Positions 15,398 to 28,224 of a DNA stretch of 29,483 nt are shown here, piece after piece. Each line of letters opens with the position of its first letter. Position 1 is the first letter of the stretch. The notes beneath the pieces were generated by a model. It was not told where the DNA came from, did no database searches, and was given only the letters and a program-made list of their open reading frames with translations. Source of the stretch: Bryobacterales bacterium (GTDB lineage: Bacteria > Acidobacteriota > Terriglobia > Bryobacterales > Bryobacteraceae); the NCBI GenBank assembly GCA_043743755.1, contig JAYTVY010000710.1, forward strand, positions 1 through 29,483, written 5' to 3'. The translations under genes and the position numbers were made by a program.

Positions 15398-16063
15398 ATG
15401 ATTGTAGCGGTGACGGAACAGCCCGTTCCATTTCGAGATCGCGCCGATGCCGGACGCCGGCTGGCGCGACTGCTGTCCGCCTATGCCGGGAAGCCCGGCG
15501 TCATCGTACTCGCGCTGCCTCGCGGCGGCGTCCCCGTGGGCTACGAAGTAGCGCGCGCGCTGGACGCCCCGCTGGACGTTTTCGTGGTGCGCAAGCTGGG
15601 GGTTCCCGGACACGAAGAGCTGGCCCTGGGCGCCATCGCGTCTGGGAACGTGCGCGTGCTCAATGACGATGTAGTTCGCGCGCTCCGCATCCCGCCCGAA
15701 GTAATCGCCCGCGTTGCGGAGGAAGAACAAATCGAGCTGGAACGGCGTGAGCGGCTTTACCGGGGCGGGCGCGCAGCCTTGGACGTGCGCGGTCTCACCG
15801 CGATCCTGGTGGATGACGGCTTGGCCACGGGCGCCAGCATGTCCGCCGCCGTGGAAGCTTTGCGGGAACTCGGGCCCAGCCGCATCGTGGTGGCCGTCCC
15901 GGTGACCGCCCCCCAAGCCTGCGATGCATTCCGGAGCAGGGTGGATGAAGTAGTGTGCGCCCTCACGCCGGAATCATTCCAGGCCGTGGGCGTCTGGTAC
16001 AACGACTTCTCCCAAACCACCGACGACGAAGTACGCAAGCTGGCAACCGGCCCGCGGCCGTAA
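15398..16063 (+). CDS. Type I phosphoribosyltransferase-fold protein
   Basis: FRDRADAG, LALPRGGVPV, VRKLGVPGHEELALGA, PRPP-binding LVDDGLATG and AVGVWYNDFSQTTD. GTG 15410 is an alternative start. Confidence 0.92.
   Translation: MIVAVTEQPVPFRDRADAGRRLARLLSAYAGKPGVIVLALPRGGVPVGYEVARALDAPLDVFVVRKLGVPGHEELALGAIASGNVRVLNDDVVRALRIPPEVIARVAEEEQIELERRERLYRGGRAALDVRGLTAILVDDGLATGASMSAAVEALRELGPSRIVVAVPVTAPQACDAFRSRVDEVVCALTPESFQAVGVWYNDFSQTTDDEVRKLATGPRP
15401..15406 (-). promoter_or_regulatory. Candidate -10 element (TACAAT) 6 nt upstream of the serine hydrolase ATG
   Basis: The minus strand reads TACAAT-cattgc-ATG(15394), with no Shine-Dalgarno. Confidence 0.5.
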
Positions 16064-16064
16064 G

Positions 16065-16212
16065 CGTGAAATAATCCACGTGCCTTGATCGAATGCCGCT
16101 TTCAGAGCCGCGCGCGGTCAGCAAGCGTACGTAATTCCGGAGGCCCGTGGCGCTCCCTTACGGTCACGGCTCAGAAAGCGGCATTCGATCACGCCACGAG
16201 GATTATTTCACG
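16065..16212. repeat. 148-bp element with 48-bp imperfect inverted arms (REPIN/MITE-like) between convergent genes
   Basis: Arm 16065-16112 versus the reverse complement of 16165-16212: 43/48 identical (CGTGAAATAATCC.CGTG.C.TGATCGAATGCCGCTTTC.GAGCCG.G). Confidence 0.85.
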
Positions 16213-16228
16213 GACCCGTAAGGAAGCG

Positions 16229-17383
16229 CTAAGCTCCCAGCGCCTTCGCCAGAAACGGCAACCCGCGCTCCCCGTGAAACTCGTGCACCCCGCTGAAAAT
16301 CTCCTGCTCCACCGCACCACCCGCCCCAAACACCGCATACATCTTCCGCACGCGCTCAAAGCTCTCCTTCGCCGCCGCCACCGGAAATATCGGGTCCCGG
16401 TCCCCGCCTTCGGAAAACAGCGCCCGCGGCGCGATGAGGCCTGCGATATCGTACATCTCGGCCCAGTTCAGAATTCCCGGAACGTAATTATCGATGCAGT
16501 GCGACAAACTGAGAATGCTGTCTCGAAACGTATTCAGATATCCGCTCACGAAGGCTGCCTTTATGCGCGTATCCAGAGCTGCCGCGAACAGCGTGCATGT
16601 GCCGCCTCCGGAAATACCCATGCACCCGACGCGGCGCGCATCCAGCTCGGGACGCGTTGCAATCCAGTCAATCGCTCGCATCACGTCCCACACCCGCCAC
16701 CCGATCATGGTCTCGCCGAATAGGAGCGCCGCGCCCGCTGCCGGATAACACGCCGTACTCCCGAGTCCCTTTTTTCGCGTGATGGCATCGCGCCGGCATC
16801 CGAACGCCAGCGGCTCAATCGCCAGCGCCGCCATTCCATGCTCCGCTACTTGCAGCGCGAAATCGTGCTGGTAGCCGGGGCGGTCCGTCCGGTCGTGTCC
16901 GCCTTCGTCGATGCCCACAATATCCTCGACACCGCGTCCGTGCCCCGGCACGCAGATTACCGTGGCCAAAGGACTCTTGACTTGCGTGGGAGTGATCAGG
17001 AACGCGAGTACCCCCACGCCCGGCCGGCTCTCGAACACGAATCTCTCGCGCCGGTACGCCGGAAAATCGCGCGACTCCAGCGTGGTTGCCTTTAGCGGCG
17101 CGCCCGATTGCGGAAAGCCGCCCAGCAACTCCGTCACCTTCTCGCGCAGTTTCTTTTGCCACTTCTCGGCATCCTTGCGATCCTTCGCCCGGAAGGCCAG
17201 CCGCAGAGGCGCGGCCTTATACCGCTCGCGCGACCACGCCACCGGATCGAATTCGGCCGGGTCCACGCGTCCTTCAAAACCGTCCAGCGCACCCGCGTGT
17301 TTGGCAGCCACGCCGGACTGGGCCATCGCCGTTCCGGCCACCGCCGCCAACCCTAACTCCCGCCGCGAAATTCGATTCGACAT
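16229..17383 (-). CDS. Tat-signal alpha/beta hydrolase (dienelactone hydrolase / carbohydrate-esterase-like), 384 aa
   Basis: MSNRISRRELGLAA..AMAQ leader; PGHG oxyanion loop, nucleophile GISGGG, acid DPIFP and base HEF. Confidence 0.88.
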   Translation of the reverse strand: MSNRISRRELGLAAVAGTAMAQSGVAAKHAGALDGFEGRVDPAEFDPVAWSRERYKAAPLRLAFRAKDRKDAEKWQKKLREKVTELLGGFPQSGAPLKATTLESRDFPAYRRERFVFESRPGVGVLAFLITPTQVKSPLATVICVPGHGRGVEDIVGIDEGGHDRTDRPGYQHDFALQVAEHGMAALAIEPLAFGCRRDAITRKKGLGSTACYPAAGAALLFGETMIGWRVWDVMRAIDWIATRPELDARRVGCMGISGGGTCTLFAAALDTRIKAAFVSGYLNTFRDSILSLSHCIDNYVPGILNWAEMYDIAGLIAPRALFSEGGDRDPIFPVAAAKESFERVRKMYAVFGAGGAVEQEIFSGVHEFHGERGLPFLAKALGA

Positions 17384-17392
17384 GGGACCAGT

Positions 17393-18022
17393 TTACTTCC
17401 GCACCAGAAACACCGCGACTTCGGCCATCAAGTTCGGCAATGCGTGCACGCTGCGCGCTCCCGCCAGAAATATCCGCCGCTCCACCCGCCAGCCTTCTCC
17501 GCGCGCCAGATTCTCAAAATCGTTCACGGTGAGAAAGTGAATGTTGGGCGAGTCAAACCAGTCATGCGGGAACAGCCGCGTTTTCGGCGCCCCGCCCGTG
17601 AACAGGTGTGCCAGCCGCGCCGACCAGTGCCCGAAATTCGGAAACGCCACGATGGCCCGCCGTCCCACGCGCAGCATCTCGCGCAACACCTTGAGCGGAT
17701 GCCGCGTCTCCTGCAGGGTCTGGCTCAGGATGATGTAATCGAAGGCTTGATCGGGATAGTCCGCCAGCCCGTCGTCGATATCGCCCTGATAGACCGAGAC
17801 GCCCCGCGTGATGGCGCGCTGCACTCGCGATCCCGAAATCTCGACGCCGCGCGCGTCCACGCCCTTATGCGCCGCCAGCCACGCCAGCAGCTCGCCATCG
17901 CCGCAACCCAGGTCCAGCACCTTGGTGTTCGGCTCCACAATCTCGCCAATGATGGCATAATCGCGGCGTCCCAGGATCTCGCGCACAAACGGGCTGGCGC
18001 TGCTGGTGGCGGGCGCCGCCAT
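17393..18022 (-). CDS. metW: Methionine biosynthesis protein MetW (SAM methyltransferase fold), 209 aa
   Basis: AAGGAG RBS; KVLDLGCGDG, ILSQTLQ, IVAFPNFGHW and NIHFLTV; located directly after metX. Confidence 0.92.
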   Translation of the reverse strand: MAAPATSSASPFVREILGRRDYAIIGEIVEPNTKVLDLGCGDGELLAWLAAHKGVDARGVEISGSRVQRAITRGVSVYQGDIDDGLADYPDQAFDYIILSQTLQETRHPLKVLREMLRVGRRAIVAFPNFGHWSARLAHLFTGGAPKTRLFPHDWFDSPNIHFLTVNDFENLARGEGWRVERRIFLAGARSVHALPNLMAEVAVFLVRK

Positions 18023-18023
18023 G

Positions 18024-19130
18024 CTATTGCTTCTCCTTGAAGGTGCTGGCCAGGAAGCCGCGGACCATCTCCGTCTGCCCGCCCACATCCACCAGGAACG
18101 CGTCATGCCCGTAATTGGACGGCAGCTCGCAGTAAGCCACGTCGCGGTTGCGCCCCCGCAGCGCGCGCACTATCTCCAGCGATTGATAGCTCGGATACAG
18201 CCAGTCGGACGTGAAGCTGATCACCAGAAAGCGCGCCTTCACTTCTTCGAATGCGGCGGCCAGCGACGTGCGGCTGCCGGCGAGATCGAAGTAATCCATC
18301 GCCTTGGTGATGTAGAGGTACGAATTGGCATCGAAGCGATCCACGAACTGACTGCCGCGATAGCGCAGATAGCTCTCCACTTCGAATTCCGCCGGAGAAT
18401 CCAACTCCAGCGCTTCCTTCTCGCGCATGCGGCGTCCAAACTTTTCCCGCATTGAGTCGTCGCTCATGTAGGTGATGTGCCCCACCATGCGCGCCACCGA
18501 CAAGCCGCGCGCCGGCGGCGTCTGCCCGTAGTAATTGCCGCCGCGCCAGTCCGGATCGCCCATGATCGCCTGCCGCCCTACTTCATTGAACGCGATCTGC
18601 TGCGCGCTGTGCCGCGCCGTGGACGCGATCGGAATCGCCGCCGCCACCGAGTCCGGATACGACACGGCCCACTCCAGCGCCTGCATGCCGCCCATCGATC
18701 CGCCGGTCACCGCCAGCAGCCGCTCAATGTCCAGATGGTCCATCAGCATTTTCTGAACGCGCACCATGTCCGCGATTGTCACTACTGGAAACGACATGGC
18801 GAAGGGACACCCTGTTTCGGGATTGATCGAGCTCGGCCCCGTAGTCCCCCGGCAGCCCCCGAGCACGTTTGAGCAGACCACGAAATATTTGTTGGTATCG
18901 AACCCCTTGCCAGGTCCGATCATGTTGTCCCACCATCCCGGCTTGCCATCTTCGTGGCTCACCCCAGCTGCGTGCGCGTCCCCTGAAAAAGCATGCTCCA
19001 CCAGGATTGCGTTCGTGCGCGAAGCATTCAGCTCACCGTAGGTTTCATAGGCTACTTGCAGCGGCGCAATAACAACTCCCGAGTCCAACGGCACGGACTC
19101 AAATCGCGCAATTTGTGTTTCAGCGATCAT
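18024..19130 (-). CDS. metX: Homoserine O-acyltransferase MetX
   Basis: [39 protein letters not shown] and YGHDAFL. ATG 19130 was chosen over TTG 19157. Confidence 0.94.
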   Translation of the reverse strand: MIAETQIARFESVPLDSGVVIAPLQVAYETYGELNASRTNAILVEHAFSGDAHAAGVSHEDGKPGWWDNMIGPGKGFDTNKYFVVCSNVLGGCRGTTGPSSINPETGCPFAMSFPVVTIADMVRVQKMLMDHLDIERLLAVTGGSMGGMQALEWAVSYPDSVAAAIPIASTARHSAQQIAFNEVGRQAIMGDPDWRGGNYYGQTPPARGLSVARMVGHITYMSDDSMREKFGRRMREKEALELDSPAEFEVESYLRYRGSQFVDRFDANSYLYITKAMDYFDLAGSRTSLAAAFEEVKARFLVISFTSDWLYPSYQSLEIVRALRGRNRDVAYCELPSNYGHDAFLVDVGGQTEMVRGFLASTFKEKQ

Positions 19131-19166
19131 CGCGGGGTGTGTAGAAAATGATAACAAGCGGGCAGC

Positions 19167-19952
19167 CTACTTCGGCGGATCGACGGTAATAGTGGACTGT
19201 ACGTCGAACTTCTGGAACTTGGAGTTCTTGTACTCCGTCCTCACCGCGGGCTTGATGAATTTGGCGAATTGAAGACGGCCGTTAATCACGCCCGAGCTCG
19301 CCAGCCAGGCGTCGTCGTTGAGCTTTTCGAATTCCCATGTAATTGTGGAGCCCGGCATCAAGGCGATGTGCTGACCGGTCACCGTGTACTCCGTTTTCAC
19401 CGGTACATACTCCGCCTGATCGATCCATAGTTTTCGAACGAAACTGAGCGCCTCTTTCTCCTGCGCGTTGGCCGGAACGCGGCCCGCCTTCGGCGTACAC
19501 TCAATCACCCATGTTTTGCGGCCGTGAAGCTCCTCTTCTCCCAGGACTCGATTGTCGAAAAGCGTGAGTAGGTCGTTGTCCGACCCCAGGCTGACGTTCT
19601 TGTGAAATATTCCTGAGCGGCGCTGCTCACGGCGTTCCTGGGCCGTGCGCTGCAATAACTTGTCCTCCTTGGCTTGCTCTTTCGGCTCCAGCGGCCGTTC
19701 GTTCCGGGCGATCGTCTTCTTGTACGCCTCCCCCTCTAGAAAGATAATTTCATGCGTCTCCGAGCGGTTCTTCTTAGCTTGGCCGCTCTTGTCGACGCTG
19801 AAAAAGTCGGCCTGTTCCACGTAGGTGTACTGGCTGGCGCGCTCCCAGTTCTTCGCTTGTGCTTCGAGGAACCGCTTGACGATAACGCCGGCGTCCTCGG
19901 CCCCCCACAGAGACAGTGAGGCGAGCAAGAATGCAGCGCACGCCGGCTTCAT
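19167..19952 (-). CDS. Secreted/periplasmic hypothetical protein, beta-rich (possibly LolA-like fold), 261 aa
   Basis: Signal peptide MKPACAAFLLASLSLWG; ATGA overlap with the methyltransferase; GEEELHGRKTWVIECTPK...KLWIDQAEY pattern. The fold is a guess. Confidence 0.72.
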   Translation of the reverse strand: MKPACAAFLLASLSLWGAEDAGVIVKRFLEAQAKNWERASQYTYVEQADFFSVDKSGQAKKNRSETHEIIFLEGEAYKKTIARNERPLEPKEQAKEDKLLQRTAQERREQRRSGIFHKNVSLGSDNDLLTLFDNRVLGEEELHGRKTWVIECTPKAGRVPANAQEKEALSFVRKLWIDQAEYVPVKTEYTVTGQHIALMPGSTITWEFEKLNDDAWLASSGVINGRLQFAKFIKPAVRTEYKNSKFQKFDVQSTITVDPPK

Positions 19953-20854
19953 GGTCGTTTCCTGATCATAAATTCCATTTGCGTCCCCGCCTTCGCCGCG
20001 ATCCCCGGAATCTTCAACAAATGCAGCGGCAGCCTGAGCCATCGTAACGTTCGCGGTGAAACCTCCGCTGTTTCATGCGACCTCCGGAAGCCCACGGTAT
20101 CAAATCCCGCCTTATCGAACATGGCCCGCGCGGTAGCGGGAGTGAACTCCCAGACATGCAACGGGATATGGTTGCATGACCAGATCCAATCCCGCCGCAG
20201 CGCCCTGGCGAGCAGCCGCAAATAGCGCGATTCCAGGGAAGTAATATCGGGAAACGTGATCAGCATATGACCGTCTGGCTTCAGATACTCACGCACTGTC
20301 TTCAAGTAGCGCAGCGGGCACTCGGTATGTTCCAGCACATCGGTCATCGAAATGAAATCGTAGGAGCCGGGTTCAGCGTCGCTCTCCTCGAGTCCGCTGT
20401 TTCGGATCTTCACTCCAAAATGCGCTTGCCCCCATTCGGCGCTCGCCTTGTTGTATTCGAGACCTTCCGCCTCAAGGCCGGCCCCCTTCAACAGACTCGG
20501 AAACAGTCCGGTGGACGTGCCGATATCCAGGCTCCGCCCGCCTTTGACGAACTTCAGCGCCCAGTCGCGATACCGTGCGAACTTCAGGCCGAATCTCTTC
20601 TCGCTGCCCCCGGCCTCGCGCAGGTCCGCATGATAATCGCCTTGATAGAAGCCCTCGATCTCGGCGGCTGTCGGCGTCGGTGTACAGAAGTGCAGCCCGC
20701 ATCCTCTGCACCGCGCCAAATGATATTCCTTTTTGTCGAATGTGCTTGCCGCCAGGATCCTGGATTCCGCCGCCCCGCACATCGGGCAAGCATCAATTCC
20801 TCTCACTCGTCCGCGTCCCCTCTTGGTTCCATGCGACGTTTCTATGGCCATCAT
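19949..20854 (-). CDS. Class I SAM-dependent methyltransferase with N-terminal Zn-binding CxxC pairs
   Basis: CPMCG...CRGCG, SLDIGTSTG (motif I), MTDVLEH, GHMLITFPD and PLHVWEFTP. Confidence 0.88.
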   Translation of the reverse strand: MMAIETSHGTKRGRGRVRGIDACPMCGAAESRILAASTFDKKEYHLARCRGCGLHFCTPTPTAAEIEGFYQGDYHADLREAGGSEKRFGLKFARYRDWALKFVKGGRSLDIGTSTGLFPSLLKGAGLEAEGLEYNKASAEWGQAHFGVKIRNSGLEESDAEPGSYDFISMTDVLEHTECPLRYLKTVREYLKPDGHMLITFPDITSLESRYLRLLARALRRDWIWSCNHIPLHVWEFTPATARAMFDKAGFDTVGFRRSHETAEVSPRTLRWLRLPLHLLKIPGIAAKAGTQMEFMIRKRP

Positions 20855-20918
20855 ACGCTCCGTGGACTACAATAAGGAAACAGGCCCCGCCTGTACCCCA
20901 CTGGAGGATTAACCGGCA

Positions 20919-22049
20919 TTGAATCAAGCTATGCTCGCACTCGAGGACGGCACGGTCTTCGAGGGCCGGCGTTTTGGTGCGCCCAGGGACACCACGGGCG
21001 AAGTCGTCTTTAACACCGCCATCACCGGCTATCAGGAAATCTTCACCGATCCTTCCTATGCCGGACAAATCGTAGTCCTCACCAATCCCCAGATCGGCAA
21101 TTACGGCGCCAACGCATACGACCAGGAAGCCTCGCGGCCCTACATTGAAGGCTTGATCGTTCGCGAATTCGCGGCCGTCGCCAGCAACTGGCGCTCGGAA
21201 GAGGATGCCGGGCGCTTCCTCGAGGAAAACGGGATTCCCGTCGCCGCGGAGATCGATACTCGCGCGCTGGTGCGCCACCTGCGAACGCGCGGCGTGATGC
21301 GCGGCGTCCTGGCGGCGGCGACATCGGACCCCGCGCAGCTAGTGGAACGCGCGCGAGCCATCCCCACCATGGAAGGGCTCGATCTCGCCACTCGCGTCAG
21401 CACAGCGTCCAGCTATCAATGGGATCAGCCAGTGGTCCCATGCTCGCCATCGGATCTGGTTGGAACTCCCGCCCAGGCCCATTGCCACGTGGTGGCGTAC
21501 GATTTCGGCATCAAGCGCAACATCCTGCGTCGCCTGGTCCATGTCGGCGCGCGCGTAACCGTAGTGCCCGCGGGAACCACCGCGGAGGAAGTACTCGCGC
21601 TCAAGCCCGACGGAGTGGTCCTCTCCAACGGCCCCGGCGATCCCGGCGTACTCACCGCCCAAGCAGGCGAAATCCGCCGTCTCATCGGCAAGGCTCCCAT
21701 CTTCGGCATCTGCCTCGGCCACCAGATCTTGAGCCACGCTCTAGGCGGCAAGACTTACAAGCTCAAGTTCGGACACCGCGGCGCAAACCATCCCGTGCTG
21801 AATCGCGTAACCAATAAAGTTGAGATCACCTCGCACAATCACGGCTTCGCGGTGGATCCCGATTCGCTCCGCGATTCCGATATCGAGTTTACTCACTTCA
21901 ATCTCAACGACGATACTCTCGAAGGCTTCCGCCACCGCCGCGAGCCGGTCTTCTGCGTCCAATATCATCCCGAAGCGTCGCCCGGCCCGCACGACTCGCA
22001 TTATCTCTTTGACGATTTCATGAAGCTCATCCAGGAGTGCAAAGTCTGA
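20919..22049 (+). CDS. carA: Carbamoyl-phosphate synthase small subunit
   Basis: TTG start with GGAGG; [38 protein letters not shown] and [10 protein letters not shown]. Confidence 0.97.
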   Translation: MNQAMLALEDGTVFEGRRFGAPRDTTGEVVFNTAITGYQEIFTDPSYAGQIVVLTNPQIGNYGANAYDQEASRPYIEGLIVREFAAVASNWRSEEDAGRFLEENGIPVAAEIDTRALVRHLRTRGVMRGVLAAATSDPAQLVERARAIPTMEGLDLATRVSTASSYQWDQPVVPCSPSDLVGTPAQAHCHVVAYDFGIKRNILRRLVHVGARVTVVPAGTTAEEVLALKPDGVVLSNGPGDPGVLTAQAGEIRRLIGKAPIFGICLGHQILSHALGGKTYKLKFGHRGANHPVLNRVTNKVEITSHNHGFAVDPDSLRDSDIEFTHFNLNDDTLEGFRHRREPVFCVQYHPEASPGPHDSHYLFDDFMKLIQECKV

Positions 22050-22053
22050 GCCC

Positions 22054-25302
<3,249 letters not shown>

Positions 25303-25348
25303 CAATCGCCCCCCGGAACCTTTTCGCATTTCAGCCGTATCTACCCTT

Positions 25349-25495
25349 ATGAAGTCGCTCCTCCAGGACGCTCGCTTCAGTCTTCGTTCCATTCGCAAAG
25401 ACCGTGGCTTCTTCCTCGTCGCCGTCCTGGCCTTGGCTCTCGGTATTGGATCCACCACCGCGATCTACCCCGTAATCTCCCTCCGCTACGAGTAA
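25349..25495 (+). pseudogene. N-terminal remnant of a MacB/ADOP-type ABC permease (48 codons)
   Basis: MKSLLQDARFSLRSIRKDRGFFLVAVLALALGIGSTTAIYPVISLRYE-stop matches the conserved start of these permeases (LQDLRYALRxLRKxPGFxxVAVLTLALGIGANTAIF). The rest of the roughly 800-aa gene is absent. It is below the ORF-track cut-off. Confidence 0.8.
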
Positions 25496-25515
25496 CCACG
25501 CACGACAGCCCTCTG

Positions 25516-26019
25516 CTACCCGGGGGCGTTCCGGAACATCGAAATCCCCGCGACACCCACAGCCCCCGCCTCAACACACGCCGCCGCATTCTCCCAGCTC
25601 ACGCCGCCCAACGCAAACACCGGCAGCCTCACCGCCCCTGTCGCGGCGCGCAACCCCTCCAGCCCCACCGCCCGCTTCGAAAACACCGGACCAAACACAG
25701 CGAAATCCGCCCCCTCCCGCTCGGCCGCCCGCAACTCGTCCACGGTGTGACACGAGACTCCAATCAGAAATCCCGGCGGCGCAATTCCCCGAATCTTGCT
25801 CGCCGCGATTGACCCGGCCGGCAAATGCACGCCGTGCGCGCCGCAAGCCAGGGCGACATCCACGCGCGTATTCACTAGGACTCGACTCTCCCCCGCTACT
25901 GCCAGCGCCCCCCGCACCAACTCAGCCAGCGCCCGCCCATCCAAGTCCTTCGCCCGAATCTGGATCATCTCCACTCGCGGCAGCGCCGAAAGCGAATCCG
26001 TGATGCAGTACAGCCTCAC
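25516..26019 (-). CDS. Thiamine-phosphate synthase / TenI-family TIM-barrel protein, short (167 aa)
   Basis: GTG 26019 overlaps the modC stop (GTGA). [39 protein letters not shown] and GVAGIS. Whether it is ThiE or TenI cannot be decided. Confidence 0.8.
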   Translation of the reverse strand: MRLYCITDSLSALPRVEMIQIRAKDLDGRALAELVRGALAVAGESRVLVNTRVDVALACGAHGVHLPAGSIAASKIRGIAPPGFLIGVSCHTVDELRAAEREGADFAVFGPVFSKRAVGLEGLRAATGAVRLPVFALGGVSWENAAACVEAGAVGVAGISMFRNAPG

Positions 26020-27086
26020 AAAATCCGCAGCCCGCTCTGCGGAAAATCGATCACCCAGTCTTTGGTATTCCGGAATGGCTCGAAGCGCCACGCCGGTAGT
26101 TCCACCGCGATGTCGCCTTCAAACTCCAGCCGCACGTTTTGTGGACGCTCCACCGCGCGCACCAGCGTCGCCGGAAGCTGATTCGCCCCCGGCCGCCCAT
26201 CGCGCGGCGCGGCCGAAAGCGCATCCGGCGAAACGCACAGCCACACGCGATCCCCGATCAGCCGCCCCGGAAAATACGGCCCGCCGAACTCAAATTCATC
26301 GTATTTCAACCTGCTGGAGTTACGGCCCGGATCCAGCGCGCGAATCTCCACCGCCAGCAGGTTGTACACTCCCAGCAAGCGCGCCACATCCACGCTCGCG
26401 GGCTGATCGAATACCTTGCGCGGCGAACCGCTCTGCACCAGCCGTCCCTCGCGAATCACCAGCATCTCATCGCCCAGCTCGAAGCACTCGGTGAAATCGT
26501 GCGTCACCAGCAGCGCGGGAGTTCCGAACTCGGCCCGCACCTGCCGCAGCACGGCATAAAACTCGGCCTTCAGCAGCGCATCCAGTCCGCGCGCGGGCTC
26601 ATCCAGTAGCAGCGCCCGTGGCGACCCGATCAGCGCTCGCGCGATCGAGCATCGCTGTTTCTGTCCCCCGGAAAGCTCGTGCGGCCGGCGCGCTGAAACC
26701 TCGGTCAGCCGGAACCGCTCCAGCATTTCATTAACCCGCCGATGGCGCTCCAGCCGCGGGCGGCTCTCCACCGCGAACTCCAGATTCTGCCGAAGCGTCA
26801 TGTGCGGGAACAGCGCGTAATTCTGGAACACGTAGCCGCACTGGCGCTTTCGCGGCGGTAAGTGCACGCCCGCCGCGCCATCGAACAAAATCGCGTCGTC
26901 CAGCAGAATGCGCCCTTCATCCGGACGCACGAAACCCGCCACGGAGTCCAGCGTCAGCGTCTTGCCGGAGCCGCTGGGTCCGAAAATAACCGTTACGCCC
27001 GCCGCCGCGCTGAACTCCAAATCGAGTGAAAACGCCGCCGAGCCCGGCCCGGACGCGAACCGCTTCCGGATGCGCGCTTGAATCAT
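26016..27086 (-). CDS. modC: Molybdate ABC transporter ATP-binding subunit
   Basis: Walker [45 protein letters not shown] and a C-terminal TOBE-like region. Confidence 0.88.
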   Translation of the reverse strand: MIQARIRKRFASGPGSAAFSLDLEFSAAAGVTVIFGPSGSGKTLTLDSVAGFVRPDEGRILLDDAILFDGAAGVHLPPRKRQCGYVFQNYALFPHMTLRQNLEFAVESRPRLERHRRVNEMLERFRLTEVSARRPHELSGGQKQRCSIARALIGSPRALLLDEPARGLDALLKAEFYAVLRQVRAEFGTPALLVTHDFTECFELGDEMLVIREGRLVQSGSPRKVFDQPASVDVARLLGVYNLLAVEIRALDPGRNSSRLKYDEFEFGGPYFPGRLIGDRVWLCVSPDALSAAPRDGRPGANQLPATLVRAVERPQNVRLEFEGDIAVELPAWRFEPFRNTKDWVIDFPQSGLRIL

Positions 27087-27766
27087 GATGCCGGCTGCCG
27101 CGGCCCAAATGGATTGGTTGCAAAACGGTTCGCCAGCGCCAGAATGATCAGCGACACCGCTGAGATCACCAGCACCAGCGTCAGCGCGACCGTTCGGTTG
27201 CCCGCCTCCGTTGCGTCATAGATCGCGATCGCCGCGGTCTGCGTGCGGCCCGGAATATTCCCCGCGATCATCAGCGTCACGCCGAAGTCGCCCAGCGATC
27301 GGGCGAACGCCAGCGCGCCCGCGGCGAGTATTGACCGGCCTGACAGCGGCAGCGTCACGCGCCAGAATAGCCGCGCTTCGCTCGCTCCCAGCGTGCGCGC
27401 GGCTCGCTCATAGCTATGCTCCACGCTTTCAAACGCCGCTCGCGCCGACTTCACCAGCAGCGGCGTGGAATGAAACAACGCCGCCACCACCGCTGCCTGC
27501 CATGTGAATACCAGTGGCTGGCCGAATATCCACTCGTACAGCGTGCCCAGCGGGCTGCTCCGTCCCAGCAGCACCAGCAAATAATAGCCCAGCACCGTCG
27601 GCGGCAGCACCAGCGGCAGCGTAACCGCGGCGTCCAGGATTTCCTTGCCCCGGAATTCGCGATTTGCCAGTACCCACGCCAGACACAGCCCGATCCCCAG
27701 CGCGATTACCGTGGACAGCGCTGCCACGCGCAGGCTCAGCCACAACGGGAACCAGTCAATGGGCAT
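27083..27766 (-). CDS. modB: Molybdate ABC transporter permease
   Basis: LPLVLPPTVLGYYLL, EAA-like ERAARTLGAS and FARSLGDFGVTLMIAGNIPGRTQT. Confidence 0.93.
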   Translation of the reverse strand: MPIDWFPLWLSLRVAALSTVIALGIGLCLAWVLANREFRGKEILDAAVTLPLVLPPTVLGYYLLVLLGRSSPLGTLYEWIFGQPLVFTWQAAVVAALFHSTPLLVKSARAAFESVEHSYERAARTLGASEARLFWRVTLPLSGRSILAAGALAFARSLGDFGVTLMIAGNIPGRTQTAAIAIYDATEAGNRTVALTLVLVISAVSLIILALANRFATNPFGPRQPAS

Positions 27767-27775
27767 GGATATTCA

Positions 27776-27781
27776 ATTATA
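27776..27781 (-). promoter_or_regulatory. Perfect -10 hexamer TATAAT 9 nt upstream of the modB ATG
   Basis: The minus strand reads TATAAT-tgaatatcc-ATG(27766). TTCATA lies 16 nt further upstream as a possible -35. Confidence 0.5.
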
Positions 27782-27798
27782 GTGATCGAGGAGGGTTT

Positions 27799-28224
27799 AT
27801 GAATCGGCACGCAACAGCGGTATGGAGCGGAGGTCTCCGCGACGGCAAGGGCGCTATTTCCACGCAGAGCGGAGTGCTTTCCGGCACTCAATATTCTTTT
27901 TCGACTCGCTTCGAGAACGGCATCGGAACCAATCCCGAGGAGTTGATCGCCGCCGCCCATGCCGGCTGCTTCGCCATGGCGCTCTCGGGACAGTTAGGCG
28001 AGGCCGGCATGATTGCCGAGAAAATCGACGCTACCGCCACGGTTACGCTTGAAAAAGGAGAAGGCGGATTCGCCGTCACCCAGAGTCACCTCGATGTCAC
28101 CGTCCGCATCCCCGGCGCGGATCAAGCCGCGTTCGACACGGCCGCGAGCAACGCCAAGGCTGGTTGCCCCATTTCCAAACTTCTGAACGCGAAAGTTACG
28201 ATGACCGCGAAGTTGGAGAGCTGA
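27799..28224 (+). CDS. osmC: OsmC peroxiredoxin, 141 aa
   Basis: GAGGAGG at 27788-27794; [24 protein letters not shown] and GCPISK (both catalytic Cys). Confidence 0.95.
   Translation: MNRHATAVWSGGLRDGKGAISTQSGVLSGTQYSFSTRFENGIGTNPEELIAAAHAGCFAMALSGQLGEAGMIAEKIDATATVTLEKGEGGFAVTQSHLDVTVRIPGADQAAFDTAASNAKAGCPISKLLNAKVTMTAKLES

Noticed and set aside
15395-15916. 530-aa version of the serine hydrolase
   Set aside because: The extra 174 codons are antisense to the PRT gene; the signal peptide and -10 element point to ATG 15394.
20855-20918. PyrR attenuator or riboswitch upstream of carA
   Set aside because: The gap is only 64 nt with no terminator/antiterminator or PyrR-binding loop evident; only a TACAAT hexamer (20868-20873) without a convincing -35.
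25500-27100. Strong C-richness of the plus strand as a sign of foreign DNA
   Set aside because: The plus strand is also C-rich in carAB, so it is more simply strand or codon skew; it was not quantified.
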